A stretch of DNA of 55,410 nt from Clostridia bacterium (GTDB lineage Bacteria; Bacillota; Clostridia; RGIG6154). The stretch is from assembly GCA_045589295.1 (NCBI GenBank), contig JAZNOU010000008.1, positions 1 to 55,410 of the forward strand, in the 5' to 3' direction. Position 1 is the stretch's first letter, and the number at the start of each line of letters is the position of its first letter. Below the pieces are notes generated by a model. The model ran no database searches. It saw nothing but the letters and a program-made list of their open reading frames with translations, and was not told the origin of the DNA. This document shows positions 27,778-38,875 of the stretch, in pieces. The translations under genes were made by a program, and so were the position numbers.

Positions 27778-29082
27778 TTATGCAGTTTCATTTTTAGAAT
27801 TGACTGACTGAGATTTTGGTTTTCTCAATGGTCTTTTCTCAGGATTAATAATAAGCTGCGGCTTTGCGCCCTCAGTAATCATTTCTTTTGTAACAATGCA
27901 TTTTTCAATATCATCACGTGATGGTATTTCAAACATAACATCTGTAATTGCACTTTCAATAATTGAGCGAAGACCTCTCGCTCCTGTTTTTCTTTCAAGC
28001 GCTTTTTTTGCAATAGCCTCTAATGCGTCAGGCTCAAACTCGAGAGCGCAATCGTCATATTCAAACAGCTTCTTGTACTGCTTAACAAGCGCATTTTTAG
28101 GTTCCTGTAAAATTCTTATAAGGCTTTCTTTGTCCAACTTATCAAGTGCTGCAACAACAGGAAGACGACCTACAAACTCAGGAATAAGTCCGAATTTAAG
28201 CAAATCTTCAGGCAAAACTTTCTGATAATCAGAAAGCACCGCCATATCATTGGACTTAACGTCTGCGCCAAATCCTAATACCTTGTTACCAAGTCTTTTC
28301 TCAATTATCTTTTCTAGTCCGTCGAACGCACCACCACATATAAACAAAATGTTTGTTGTATCAATTTGAATAAATTCCTGATGCGGATGCTTTCTGCCAC
28401 CCTGAGGAGGAACTGATGCAACAGTACCTTCTAAAATTTTCAAAAGTGCCTGTTGAACACCCTCTCCGCTGACATCTCTTGTAATTGACGGATTTTCTGA
28501 TTTTTTTGAAATTTTATCAACTTCATCAATGTAAATAATGCCTTTTTCGGCAAGCGCTATATCATAATCGGCAGCCTGAATAAGCTTTAAAAGAATATTT
28601 TCCACATCCTCGCCTACATAACCTGCCTCAGTAAGACTTGTAGCATCTGCTATTGCAAAAGGTACATTCAAAATCTTGGCAAGTGTTGAAGCAAGCAATG
28701 TTTTTCCCGAACCTGTAGGACCTAACATCAAAATGTTGCTCTTTTGAAGTTCAACATCCCCTGATGCTTCTTCTTTTTCAGCCTTATTTATTCTCTTATA
28801 GTGGTTATAAACCGCAACTGCAAGCGTTTTTTTAGCCTGTTCCTGACCAATAACATAATCATTTAATGCATTTAAAATATCAATCGGTTTAGGTAGACTG
28901 GAAAGCTCAGCAACTTGCTCGGACATATCAAAGTTTCTTTCTTCTTCAAAAATAATGTCGCTGCAAAGTTCGATACATTCATTACAAATGTAAACCCCCG
29001 GTCCTGCAACCAGACGCATAACCTGTTCTTCTGTCTTTCCGCAAAAAGAACAACGCACCTGATTTCTATCGTCTTTTGACAT
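27778..29082 (-). CDS. clpX: ATP-dependent Clp protease ATP-binding subunit
   Basis: CSFCGK zinc finger, [27 protein letters not shown] loop. Confidence 0.97.
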   Translation of the reverse strand: MSKDDRNQVRCSFCGKTEEQVMRLVAGPGVYICNECIELCSDIIFEEERNFDMSEQVAELSSLPKPIDILNALNDYVIGQEQAKKTLAVAVYNHYKRINKAEKEEASGDVELQKSNILMLGPTGSGKTLLASTLAKILNVPFAIADATSLTEAGYVGEDVENILLKLIQAADYDIALAEKGIIYIDEVDKISKKSENPSITRDVSGEGVQQALLKILEGTVASVPPQGGRKHPHQEFIQIDTTNILFICGGAFDGLEKIIEKRLGNKVLGFGADVKSNDMAVLSDYQKVLPEDLLKFGLIPEFVGRLPVVAALDKLDKESLIRILQEPKNALVKQYKKLFEYDDCALEFEPDALEAIAKKALERKTGARGLRSIIESAITDVMFEIPSRDDIEKCIVTKEMITEGAKPQLIINPEKRPLRKPKSQSVNSKNETA

Positions 29083-29152
29083 AAGCAATACTCCATTTCT
29101 ATGCAAAATCAAACTACATACTTATAGTACACAAAACCTTTTACAAAAATAC

Positions 29153-29734
29153 CTATCTGTGTTCAATAACTTTATCAATAAGACCATAATTCATAGCCTC
29201 AACCGCAGTCATAAAATTATCTCTTTCCGTATCCTGTTGAATTTTTTCCAAAGGCTGACCTGTTCTGTCACTTAAAATCTGATTCAAAGTGCTTTTCATT
29301 CTTATAATCCTGTCAGCATGGATTTTTATATCTGTTGCCTGACCCTGCATACCGCCTAAAGGCTGATGAATCATAATTTCACTGTTAGGAAGTGCAAATC
29401 TTTTTCCTTTTGTACCTGCGCTAAGTAAAAACGCTCCCATACTTGCAGCCATACCAATGCAAATTGTTGATACATCGCATTTAATATACTGCATGGTATC
29501 GTAAATTGCCATACCGGCAGTTATTGATCCACCAGGACTGTTAATGTAGAAGTTGATATCTTTATCAGGATCTGCACCTTCTAAAAACAGCATCTGTGCA
29601 ACAACTAAGCTTGCTGTAGTATCGTTTACTTCCTCGCTCAAGAAAATAATTCTGTCGTTTAAAAGTCTTGAAAAAATATCGTAAGATCTTTCTCCTCTGC
29701 TTGTTTGTTCTACTACCATTGGTACTAAGCTCAT
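29153..29734 (-). CDS. clpP: ATP-dependent Clp protease proteolytic subunit
   Basis: YINSPGG, AASMGA, MIHQP. Confidence 0.97.
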   Translation of the reverse strand: MSLVPMVVEQTSRGERSYDIFSRLLNDRIIFLSEEVNDTTASLVVAQMLFLEGADPDKDINFYINSPGGSITAGMAIYDTMQYIKCDVSTICIGMAASMGAFLLSAGTKGKRFALPNSEIMIHQPLGGMQGQATDIKIHADRIIRMKSTLNQILSDRTGQPLEKIQQDTERDNFMTAVEAMNYGLIDKVIEHR

Positions 29735-29760
29735 AAATTCACATTCCTTTCTGTTAATAG

Positions 29761-29789
29761 TCCGGCTGCCTTTTTCTTTGGCAGCCGGA
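29761..29789 (-). terminator. Hairpin between tig and clpP
   Basis: tccggctgcc...ggcagccgga. Confidence 0.6.
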
Positions 29790-29802
29790 TAAAGTTTTTG
29801 GA

Positions 29803-31278
29803 TTATTCTTCTGTTTTTGCTGCTTTTTTAGCTGTAGTTGTTTTCTTTGCTGCGGGTTTTTTAGCTGTTGTTTCTTTCTTTGCTGCTGTTTCTTTCTTCT
29901 CTGTTGTCTTTTTTGTAGCACATTTTTTAGCAGCAGGTTTTGCTTCTTTTTCTGCTGTTTCTTTCTTTGCAGCAGGTTTCTTTGTAGCTTCTTTCACCAT
30001 ATTGGCATTGTCTAAAACTACTTTAACAGCTTTTTCTAAAACGAGATCTTTTTTGATGTTTTCTTTATCTTCATCTCTTAAGAGCTCGTTAAGCTTATCA
30101 ACTTCCATATTGTAGCTTTTAGCCATTTCTGCAATTTTAGCATCTACGTCTTTATCTTTAATTTCAATCTTTTCAAGCTCAGCAACTTTTTCAAGAACTA
30201 ATGTGCTCTTAACAGCCATTTCTGCCTGTGGCTTGAACTGTTCTTTCATAGCTTCAATTGTAAGACCGGTATATTTCATATACATGTCAAGCGGCATACC
30301 CTGCTGTGAAAGTCTCATTTCAAAATCCTGTACCAAGCTTTCTGCTCTTGAGTCAATCATTCCATTTGGAATTTCGCCCTTTAATGTTTCTACGAGCTTT
30401 TCAATAGCTTCGTTTTCCATTTCGCCTTTAGCTCTTAAGTCGTTTTGTTTTGTAAGTTTTGCTTTAATGTCTTTTTTAAGTGCATCCAAAGTATCAAATT
30501 CACTTACATCTTTTGCAAACTCATCATCAAGTTCAGGAAGTTCTTTAACTTTAATCTGGTTAACTTTAACCTTAAATACTGCAGCTTTTCCTTTTAATTC
30601 TTCAGCATGATATTCTTCAGGGAAAGTAACGTTAACATCAATTTCATCGCCTGTTTTTGAACCGATAATTTGGTCTTCAAAGCCAGGAATGAAAGTGTTA
30701 GAACCGATAACAAGGTCGTGGTTTTCTCCTTTACCACCATCAAATGCTACTCCATCAACAAAACCTTCGTAATCGATGTTTACTGTATCGCCGCTTTTTA
30801 CAGCTCTGTCTTCAACAGTAACCATTCTTGAATTTCTGTCTCTCATTCTTTCGATTTCAGCATTAACTTCATCTGCTTTTACAGTATATTTCTTTTCTGT
30901 AACTTCAATGCCTTTATATTCACCAATTTCAATTTCAGGTTTAACATCAACTTTAACATTTAAAACAAGTTCTTTACCTGAACCGATTTCCTTGATGTCT
31001 ACATTTGGCATATCAACAGGTTCTAAACCAAGTTCTTTTACAGCTTCCATGTAATTTTCAGGGAAGATGTGATTTACTGCATCATCATAAAAAACTGCTT
31101 CCGAGTAAATTCTTTCTATGTATTTTCTTGGTGCTTTACCTTTTCTGAAGCCAGGGATATTCATATGTTTTACATTCTTTTTGTATGAAAACTGCATTCC
31201 CTTTTCAAAAACTTCAGCTGAAACTGTCATATCAAATTCAACAGTAAAGCCTTTTTTTTTAATTAATTTTGTACTCAT
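29803..31278 (-). CDS. tig: Trigger factor with Lys/Ala-rich C-terminal tail
   Basis: PGFRKGKAP signature, FKBP domain FIPGFEDQ; synteny with clpP-clpX. Confidence 0.96.
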   Translation of the reverse strand: MSTKLIKKKGFTVEFDMTVSAEVFEKGMQFSYKKNVKHMNIPGFRKGKAPRKYIERIYSEAVFYDDAVNHIFPENYMEAVKELGLEPVDMPNVDIKEIGSGKELVLNVKVDVKPEIEIGEYKGIEVTEKKYTVKADEVNAEIERMRDRNSRMVTVEDRAVKSGDTVNIDYEGFVDGVAFDGGKGENHDLVIGSNTFIPGFEDQIIGSKTGDEIDVNVTFPEEYHAEELKGKAAVFKVKVNQIKVKELPELDDEFAKDVSEFDTLDALKKDIKAKLTKQNDLRAKGEMENEAIEKLVETLKGEIPNGMIDSRAESLVQDFEMRLSQQGMPLDMYMKYTGLTIEAMKEQFKPQAEMAVKSTLVLEKVAELEKIEIKDKDVDAKIAEMAKSYNMEVDKLNELLRDEDKENIKKDLVLEKAVKVVLDNANMVKEATKKPAAKKETAEKEAKPAAKKCATKKTTEKKETAAKKETTAKKPAAKKTTTAKKAAKTEE

Positions 31279-31362
31279 TTATAATTCCTCCAAACAAATT
31301 TAATCGCTTTTGTATAAATTATCTAATAGATTTTACCACAAATTGTCGTTAAATGCAACATT

Positions 31363-32043
31363 TTACTGCAATTTTAACGGCACAAATTTCAGATAATCGC
31401 AGGAAGTAAGTCTAAGCTCAGTATTTTTTATCTTTTCATTAACTGCAAAACGATGAGCATGTGCATGAAGATGCCCGTAAACGCACTGAACAACATTATA
31501 CTCTTCAAATGCCTGTTCAAGCTCAGGATAAAGTTTTCCAGTTTTGTCAAACGGCGGATAATGAAGCATCAGAATAATTTTACCGCCTTTTTTTCTTCCT
31601 TCTTCCAGCGACAGTCTAACCCTAATATTTTCTCTGTCACACAACCTTTTTTCGGTATTAAAATCATAACCTTTTGAGGCACATAGGACATAGTCGTTAT
31701 ATTTAAATGCGGTGTTATGAATAAAATTTAAAGTTTCAAAGCCATTTTCTTTTGCAAAGCCATTAAGCTTTGTAAGACTTTCCCACCAATAGTCATGATT
31801 GCCTTTTGATATTAATTTTTCCCCGTTTAAGCCATCAATAAACTTAAAGTCTTCGACAGCCTCCGACAAATATGTCGCCCACGACACATCGCCTGCTATT
31901 AAAACAAGGTCATTTTCTTTAACTGTTTTATTCCAGTTGTATTTCATTTTCTCTTCATAATCTTCCCAAAGCTCACCGAATTTGTCCATAGGCTTTTGAG
32001 TATCAAAGGATAAATGAAGATCGGAAATAGCATATATTGACAA
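31363..32043 (-). CDS. Calcineurin-like metallophosphoesterase
   Basis: SDLH, AGDVS, GNHD, GHLH. Confidence 0.88.
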   Translation of the reverse strand: MSIYAISDLHLSFDTQKPMDKFGELWEDYEEKMKYNWNKTVKENDLVLIAGDVSWATYLSEAVEDFKFIDGLNGEKLISKGNHDYWWESLTKLNGFAKENGFETLNFIHNTAFKYNDYVLCASKGYDFNTEKRLCDRENIRVRLSLEEGRKKGGKIILMLHYPPFDKTGKLYPELEQAFEEYNVVQCVYGHLHAHAHRFAVNEKIKNTELRLTSCDYLKFVPLKLQ

Positions 32044-32065
32044 TTTATAAGTCCCCTTTAGGATT

Positions 32066-33568
32066 TTAAATCCTCAAAAAATCCTTTATAACCTGCATAA
32101 GTTCATCTTTTTCACAAGTAACATCAAAAATTACAGGTTTTGTTTTCAATTCCTCCAAAGCGTTTGGAATTTTCTCTTCAGATTTTTTACTTAAAGCTTC
32201 TAAAATATCAAACTCGTCCATATCTTCGCCGTATGCGTTGTCATTTTCAAGTGCCTGCATAACACTTCCGCTGAATTTAAACGGGCTTGCTGTTGATGCT
32301 ATAATTGTCTTTGTTTCGTCATTTGTCTGTGAAACATACTTTTTGTAAACAGCATACGCAACGGCAGTATGTGTATCCATTGTGTAGCCATATTTATCAA
32401 ACACCATTTTGATTGTTTGCTTTGTTTCTTCATCTGATGCAAAATCCGCACTGAAAATTTCAACAAGCTTTTGTTTAATATCGTCACTTACTTCATACTT
32501 TCCGTCTTGTGCGAGTTTTTTCATATAATCAGCAATTTCTTCGTTATTATTGCCCGAAATATCATATAAAAATCTTTCGAGGTTGCTTGAAATTAAAATA
32601 TCCATCGACGGAGAAATTGTTAAATTAAACTTTCTGTTTCTGTCATAAACACCTGTTTTGATAAAATCAGTAAGCACGTTGTTGCTGTTTGACGCACAAA
32701 TAAGTTTGTTAACCGGAAGTCCCATTTTTTTAGCATAGTATGCCGCTAAAATGTTACCAAAGTTACCTGTAGGAACAACAATATTTACTTTTTCTCCGTT
32801 TTTAATCTCTTGACCTTTTACCAAATCTGCATAGCAAGAAAAATAATAAACAATCTGCGGAACTAAGCGTCCCCAGTTGATAGAGTTTGCTGATGAAAGC
32901 ATAAAGTTATGCGCATTTGCAAGGTTCTCAAAATCCTTGTCAGTAAAAATAGCTTTAACACCTGACTGTGCATCGTCAAAATTACCATTAACAGCAGCCA
33001 CGTTTACATTGTTTCCTGACTGGGTAACCATTTGAAGTTTTTGTGTCATTGAAACGCCGTCGTTTGGATAAAATACACTTATTCTTGTTCCGTCAACATC
33101 TGCAAATCCTTCTAATGCAGCTTTACCCGTATCACCTGATGTTGCAACCAAAATAACAACTTCTTTATTTACTCCCTCTTTTTTGATTGATGTAACCAAA
33201 AGGTGTGGAAGTATCTGAAGTGCCATATCTTTAAATGCACAAGTAGGTCCGTGCCACAATTCTAAAATATATTCGCCTTTTCTTAATCTGTAAGCAGGTG
33301 CGATTGAATCTGTTCCAAACTTTTGCTTAGTATATGCGTTGCTGATACAGTTTTTAAGTTCTTCTGCAGAAAAATCTGTAAGGAACTTTGACAAAACTGC
33401 AAAAGCTCTTTCTTTATATGTCATTTGCGCCATTTTAGAAATTTCATCTGCAGAAAATTCAGGGAAGAAGTCAGGAACAAAAAGTCCCCCATCCGGAGAA
33501 AGCCCCTTGATAATAGCCTGACCTGCAGTTAAAGAAATATCCTTATTTCTGGTGCTGTGATAGTTCAT
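32066..33568 (-). CDS. thrC: Threonine synthase
   Basis: HGPTCAFKD, ATSGDTG, SANSINWGRL, PTGNFGN. Confidence 0.95.
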   Translation of the reverse strand: MNYHSTRNKDISLTAGQAIIKGLSPDGGLFVPDFFPEFSADEISKMAQMTYKERAFAVLSKFLTDFSAEELKNCISNAYTKQKFGTDSIAPAYRLRKGEYILELWHGPTCAFKDMALQILPHLLVTSIKKEGVNKEVVILVATSGDTGKAALEGFADVDGTRISVFYPNDGVSMTQKLQMVTQSGNNVNVAAVNGNFDDAQSGVKAIFTDKDFENLANAHNFMLSSANSINWGRLVPQIVYYFSCYADLVKGQEIKNGEKVNIVVPTGNFGNILAAYYAKKMGLPVNKLICASNSNNVLTDFIKTGVYDRNRKFNLTISPSMDILISSNLERFLYDISGNNNEEIADYMKKLAQDGKYEVSDDIKQKLVEIFSADFASDEETKQTIKMVFDKYGYTMDTHTAVAYAVYKKYVSQTNDETKTIIASTASPFKFSGSVMQALENDNAYGEDMDEFDILEALSKKSEEKIPNALEELKTKPVIFDVTCEKDELMQVIKDFLRI

Positions 33569-33669
33569 CTTAAAACATTCCTTTCATAAAAAAACAAACA
33601 TCATTATTCAACATATCATTTTATAACAAAATTTAAAAAAAATCAAGTGTTTTTGCGGATTTTTAAGCA

Positions 33670-33706
33670 AAAAACATAGTGCCGACGTTGTCGGCACTAT
33701 GTTTTT
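33670..33706. terminator. Strong bidirectional-type terminator in thrC-rnj divergent spacer
   Basis: aaaaacatagtgccgac-gtt-gtcggcactatgttttt. Confidence 0.75.
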
Positions 33707-33861
33707 CTTAAAAGGGAGTGTTATGAAATGAAAAAATGTTGGCAAATCTTTTGTTTGCCTCTTCTTTCAACATGTAAATTATAATTGATTTTTTTGTATT
33801 ACTAATGTATTATTTGTGAAAATTTTGCGAATATTAAGATAAATATTTTCCCATTTTCATC

Positions 33862-33890
33862 TTGCAAATTATTAATAAATATGGTATAAT
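33862..33890 (+). promoter_or_regulatory. Sigma-A promoter for rnj
   Basis: TTGCAA-17 bp-TATAAT with TG extension. Confidence 0.7.
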
Positions 33891-34060
33891 TTGGTTAAGT
33901 GTTTGTTCGGATTAAAAAACCGAAAGATAAGAAGCATTTTGAACGGAAAATATATGCTTTTAAAAAACTTTCGGTTTATTTATTATTTTTCAAAATACTA
34001 CATATAATTTAAGCCCCTTTTTTAAAGCAGGCTTATTTCATTACGAATTGGAGGATTATT

Positions 34061-35725
34061 GTGGCAAAAAGAAACAAAATTAAAATTATTCCGCTTGGCG
34101 GTCTGGAAGAAATCGGGAAAAACCTTACACTTTTTGAATTTAAAGACGAAATTCTCATCTTAGACTGCGGTGTTGCTTTCCCTGATGACGATATGTTTGG
34201 AATTGATCTTGTTATCCCTGATATGACATATCTTTACAAAAATAAGGAAAAAATTAAGGGACTCGTTTTAACACACGGTCATGAAGACCATATAGGTGCT
34301 ATTCCCTACCTTTTAAAGGAAATAAATGTACCTATTTATGGCACAAGACTTACACTTGGAATTTTAGAGAAAAAATTAAAAGAGCACGGTCTTTCCGGCA
34401 GTGCAAAATTAAATTCGGTAAATGCAGGCACTAAAATAAAACTCGGTTCATTCGGCGTTGAGTTTATCCGCACAAATCACAGCATAGCAGACTCTGTTGC
34501 AATTGCACTTCACACACCTGCAGGCATTATAGTTCATACAGGTGACTTTAAAATTGACTCAACCCCTATTGATGGTGAGATTTTAGACCTTGCCCGATTT
34601 GGAGAACTTGGCAAAAAAGGCGTTTTGGCATTGCTTTCTGACAGTACAAATGTTGAACGTCCGGGGTATTCAATGTCAGAACGAAAAGTAGGTGAAACAT
34701 TTGAAGACCTCTTTTCTTCATGTGATTCAAGAATTATTGTTGCAACCTTTGCTTCAAACGTTCACAGAGTTCAGCAAATTATAACTTGTGCCGCAAAGCA
34801 CAGAAGAAAAGTTGCAGTTTCAGGCAGAAGTATGGAAAGCGTTATAACCGCCGCTTACGAACTTGGATACTTAAAAGTACCAAAGGGTGTTTTGATTGAC
34901 CTGTCTGACATAAACAAATACCCCGACAATCAGCTTGTTATTGTTACAACAGGCAGCCAGGGCGAACCTATGGCAGCACTTTCGAGAATTGCAACTCTTG
35001 ATCACAAAAAAGTTGAAATAAAAAAAGGTGATCTTGTTATTATCTCTGCAAGCCCGATTCCAGGCAACGAAAAACTTGTTGCAAAAGTAATTGATGAGCT
35101 TTTCAAGCATGGTGCAGAGGTTATTTACAAATCAATTGCAGATATTCACGTATCAGGTCATGCTTGTCAGGAAGAGCTAAAAATTATTCTTTCTGTTGTA
35201 AAGCCAAAGTATTTTATCCCTGTACACGGCGAATACCGCCACCTAATGCAGCACGCCCAACTTGCTCACAAAATGGGAATTAATGAAGACCGCACTTTTA
35301 TTATGAAAATCGGTCAGGTTTTAGAACTTGACTCGGCTAATGCAAAAATAACAGGAAGTGTTCCTGCAGGAAGAGTGTTTGTGGACGGTTCAGGTGTCGG
35401 CGATGTAGGAAATATCGTTATCCGTGACAGAAAGCTTCTTTCAGAAGACGGCTTGATTGTAGTAGTTGTGGGAATTGACTCTACAACCAACGAAATTGTA
35501 TCAGGTCCTGATATTATTTCAAGAGGATTTGTATATGTAAGAGAATCAGAAGATTTAATGGAACAGGCAAGAATAAGAGCGCGCGATGCAATTTTAAACT
35601 CTACTGCAAAGAATTCACATGACTGGAACTCAATAAAAACTGCAGTCAAAAACTCGCTTAGCCAGTATCTTTATGTCGAAACAAAGAGAAACCCCATGAT
35701 TCTTCCTGTAATTATGGAGGTTTAA
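34061..35725 (+). CDS. rnj: Ribonuclease J
   Basis: PLGGLEEIGKN, THGHEDHIG, HVSGH, PVHGEYRH. Confidence 0.96.
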   Translation: MAKRNKIKIIPLGGLEEIGKNLTLFEFKDEILILDCGVAFPDDDMFGIDLVIPDMTYLYKNKEKIKGLVLTHGHEDHIGAIPYLLKEINVPIYGTRLTLGILEKKLKEHGLSGSAKLNSVNAGTKIKLGSFGVEFIRTNHSIADSVAIALHTPAGIIVHTGDFKIDSTPIDGEILDLARFGELGKKGVLALLSDSTNVERPGYSMSERKVGETFEDLFSSCDSRIIVATFASNVHRVQQIITCAAKHRRKVAVSGRSMESVITAAYELGYLKVPKGVLIDLSDINKYPDNQLVIVTTGSQGEPMAALSRIATLDHKKVEIKKGDLVIISASPIPGNEKLVAKVIDELFKHGAEVIYKSIADIHVSGHACQEELKIILSVVKPKYFIPVHGEYRHLMQHAQLAHKMGINEDRTFIMKIGQVLELDSANAKITGSVPAGRVFVDGSGVGDVGNIVIRDRKLLSEDGLIVVVVGIDSTTNEIVSGPDIISRGFVYVRESEDLMEQARIRARDAILNSTAKNSHDWNSIKTAVKNSLSQYLYVETKRNPMILPVIMEV

Positions 35726-35729
35726 GGTT

Positions 35730-37064
35730 ATGACACAACACGAAAAATTTGTCCATATGACAACGGCACCAATCCCCAAACTTATGCTTGAGCTTTCTGC
35801 CCCTGCAATTTTCAGTATGATTATTACCGCCGTTTACAATATGGCAGACACATTTTTTGTGGGAAGAATAAGTACGTCTGCAACTGCAGCGGTAGGCGTT
35901 ACATTTTCACTTATGTCAGTCATTCAGGCAATAGGATTTTTCTTTGGTCACGGATCGGGCAATTATATGTCAAGAAAAATGGGGGAAGAAAATTTTAAAG
36001 ATGCCAAAATCATGGCATCCAACGGCTTTTTTCTATGCCTTATTCTTTGCACAGTCTTAGGAATTTTAGGTCTTATTTTTATCAAGCCCCTTGTTTATTT
36101 TTTAGGCTCAACAGATACAATTTATCCTTATGCAAAAAGTTATATGACATACATCCTGATAGGATTTCCCATAATGGCATCTTCTTTCGTGCTTAACAAC
36201 CAGTTAAGATTTCAAGGCAGTTCCTTTTACGGAATGATAGGCATTGTAACTGGCGGACTTTTAAACATCGCACTCGACCCGCTTTTTATTTTCGTATTTG
36301 ATATGGGAGTTTCCGGTGCGGCTATTGCAACCATTTTAAGTCAAACTGTGAGCTTTATAATTTTGTTGTATCTGACATCAAAAGGCTCAAACGTAAAAAT
36401 TGATATCCGCTCATTTAAACCAAGTTTTAACTATATTAAAGAAATAATCTTGGGCGGATTTCCATCTCTTTGCAGACAGGGGTTAGCAAGCATTGGCACA
36501 ATTGTGCTTAACTTTTCAGCCGGTGCTTTCGGTGACAGTGCAATTGCAGCAATGTCAATAGTTAACAGAATAATAATGTTTGCAAACTCTGCAATGATTG
36601 GCTTCGGTCAAGGCTTTCAACCAATTTGTGGTTTTAACTATGGCGCTAAACTTTACAGCAGATTAAAAGAAGGCTTTTGGTTCTGCGTTAAATATTCATT
36701 TGTTTTCCTTGTGGTTTTGGCAATAGCGATGATATGTTTTGCCCCTAAACTTATTTATCTTTTCAGAGAGGATTTTAAGGTTGTTGAAATCGGTGCTCCC
36801 GCACTTATTTATCAGGCAATAACCTTTCCACTAAACTCGTGGATAGTAATTACCAATATGATGCTTCAATCTGTAGGAAAATCAGGAAGCGCTTCACTTT
36901 TAGCATCAGCACGTCAAGGACTTACACTGATACCACTTGTCCTTATTCTGTCGCATTTTTGGGGAATAACAGGTATTCAGATCGCCCAACCGATAGGTGA
37001 TATCTTAACAGTTATCCTTGCTGTGCCCCTCACATTTAAATTTTTCAAATCAATTAAAGTATAA
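35730..37064 (+). CDS. MATE family efflux transporter
   Basis: YNMADTFFVG, NIALDPLFIF, multiple TM segments. Confidence 0.92.
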   Translation: MTQHEKFVHMTTAPIPKLMLELSAPAIFSMIITAVYNMADTFFVGRISTSATAAVGVTFSLMSVIQAIGFFFGHGSGNYMSRKMGEENFKDAKIMASNGFFLCLILCTVLGILGLIFIKPLVYFLGSTDTIYPYAKSYMTYILIGFPIMASSFVLNNQLRFQGSSFYGMIGIVTGGLLNIALDPLFIFVFDMGVSGAAIATILSQTVSFIILLYLTSKGSNVKIDIRSFKPSFNYIKEIILGGFPSLCRQGLASIGTIVLNFSAGAFGDSAIAAMSIVNRIIMFANSAMIGFGQGFQPICGFNYGAKLYSRLKEGFWFCVKYSFVFLVVLAIAMICFAPKLIYLFREDFKVVEIGAPALIYQAITFPLNSWIVITNMMLQSVGKSGSASLLASARQGLTLIPLVLILSHFWGITGIQIAQPIGDILTVILAVPLTFKFFKSIKV

Positions 37065-37092
37065 AAAAACCACCCTTGAAGGGTGGTTTTTT
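37063..37092. terminator. Bidirectional terminator
   Basis: aaaaaaaccaccctt-g-aagggtggtttttt between convergent genes. Confidence 0.8.
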
Positions 37093-37103
37093 AAATTAAT
37101 CAA

Positions 37104-38854
37104 TTATTCCTGATATGATGCTGTTGTATCAATTAAAATACAATTATTAGCCCCATCCCATGATACATTGAAATCGAACAATTTTCCCAAATCACGGAGC
37201 TTAAAATAGTTGTTTCCGTTGATTAAAAATGCAGTTAATGTAGCATTTCTTCCGTCTTTCATAAGAGCACTTGTGCTGATTTCATACTTCTTATTCTTTC
37301 CGTCGCCTTCTTTAAGCTCTCCGCCAACTGCGTCGTATTTTTCACCAGCAACGAGATTAATCATATTTTTTGCCTCGTCCCATTTAACATTGAACACATT
37401 TAAGCCTGTTCCGTGGTTTGTAAGTGCAAAAGCTATATCACGAAGTTTGAAATAGTTGTTATCATTTATATTGTATGCTTCAAATTTGATTTGTTTGCCG
37501 TCAACTAAAACCTTTGAATCAGTGTATGCTGCTGTAGCGTCTTTAATTTCAAATGTAAGTCCTGTATATTCACCATCTTCTGCATCAGCCCATACCTGGT
37601 ACATTCCTTTTTCAGAAAAGCTTATGCTTGTACCTTTTTTAACAGGCTCGCTTCCAAAAAAGTCTTGGTTTCCTGTAAACTCATAATAATCTTCATCAAC
37701 ATACTCAAAGCCTTCTGCAGGCATCCAATTTTTGGTTACATCGCCTAAGTTTATTGCAAAGCCTTCAAAATATCTTTTTTCAACCCACTCACCATTAACT
37801 TTTTCCAACATAACAATCGCCATATGTGAAAGATTTTTATTTGCAGTAATTGTAACAGGTGCTGTGCATAATGCTACCATATTATCATACATAACCTGAC
37901 GGCTTCCGTCATAACCTGTAATACCATTTACAGTAAATACGTTTTTGTTGTATCTTTCAGGTTCGTCATAGTATTCTTCAGGCAGAAGCTCTGGAGCAGG
38001 TTCATAGATTTCAGGCTCTACATATTCCTGTTCGGGTTCTTGCTCAACCGGAGCTTCTTTTTCCGCATTATCCCATGCATTATTTTTAATTGTGCAATTT
38101 AAAAATTCAACTTTGTTTGAAGATTCGGCTTTATCATAATACTGGTCGTCTAAAAGCTTTCCGCTGTAATTTCCTTCTATTACTGAATTTTTAACTGTAA
38201 GTTTCACATCGTCTGCTGCGTTAGGGCTCCATCTGAAACAAACATCCCATTCTGAAGCTTCGCCTTCCGCACCATAGTTATTTCTTAAAACTTTACAATT
38301 ATCAAGAACCATACTTCCTTTAGGCGTATAGCAAGCTACTGCTGAATTCTCACAATCGCGGATTGTTGTGTTTGTAACGTTAATATTTCCTGAATCCTGC
38401 GCCCAAATGCCTACAATACCACACCCCCACAAATCGCAGATGTCAATGTTTATATTTTGCGAATTAAAGACAGAAATAACATCACCCTGACCCTCGCAAC
38501 TTCCTTTAGGAACATCATGCCCAAGACTTAATCCGATAAAAGTAATATTTTTTGAATTTTCAACTTCAAAAACAGGACAGTATCCTATGTTAAGCTTAAT
38601 TTCTACATCACCTTTAGCTTCAATAGTAAGGTTTTCAATATTTTCAATACGAATTCCTGTTCTATTTCCCCACACATCACGTCCTGCAGTTGCAACGTAA
38701 TTGCCTGCTTCAATTATGATTTTGGTGTTTGACGCAATGGCAGAAACCATGTCCTGCATATTGTTTACAGTTACAACCTTTTGTGTTGCCGCAAAGGCAG
38801 AAACACTTGAAATAAGCATAACTAAAGTCAATGCTACAATAAAAGTTTTTTCAT
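37104..38854 (-). CDS. Secreted right-handed beta-helix protein with duplicated NYFKLRD C-terminal domain; 1-bp frameshift in signal-peptide A-run
   Basis: Beta-helix repeats (NSKNITF, NSQNINI, DSGNINV). RBS GGAG + ATG at 38854 is out of frame with ORF 37104-38831 by one base. Confidence 0.7.
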
Positions 38855-38875
38855 TTTAAAACACTCCATCCGTTT

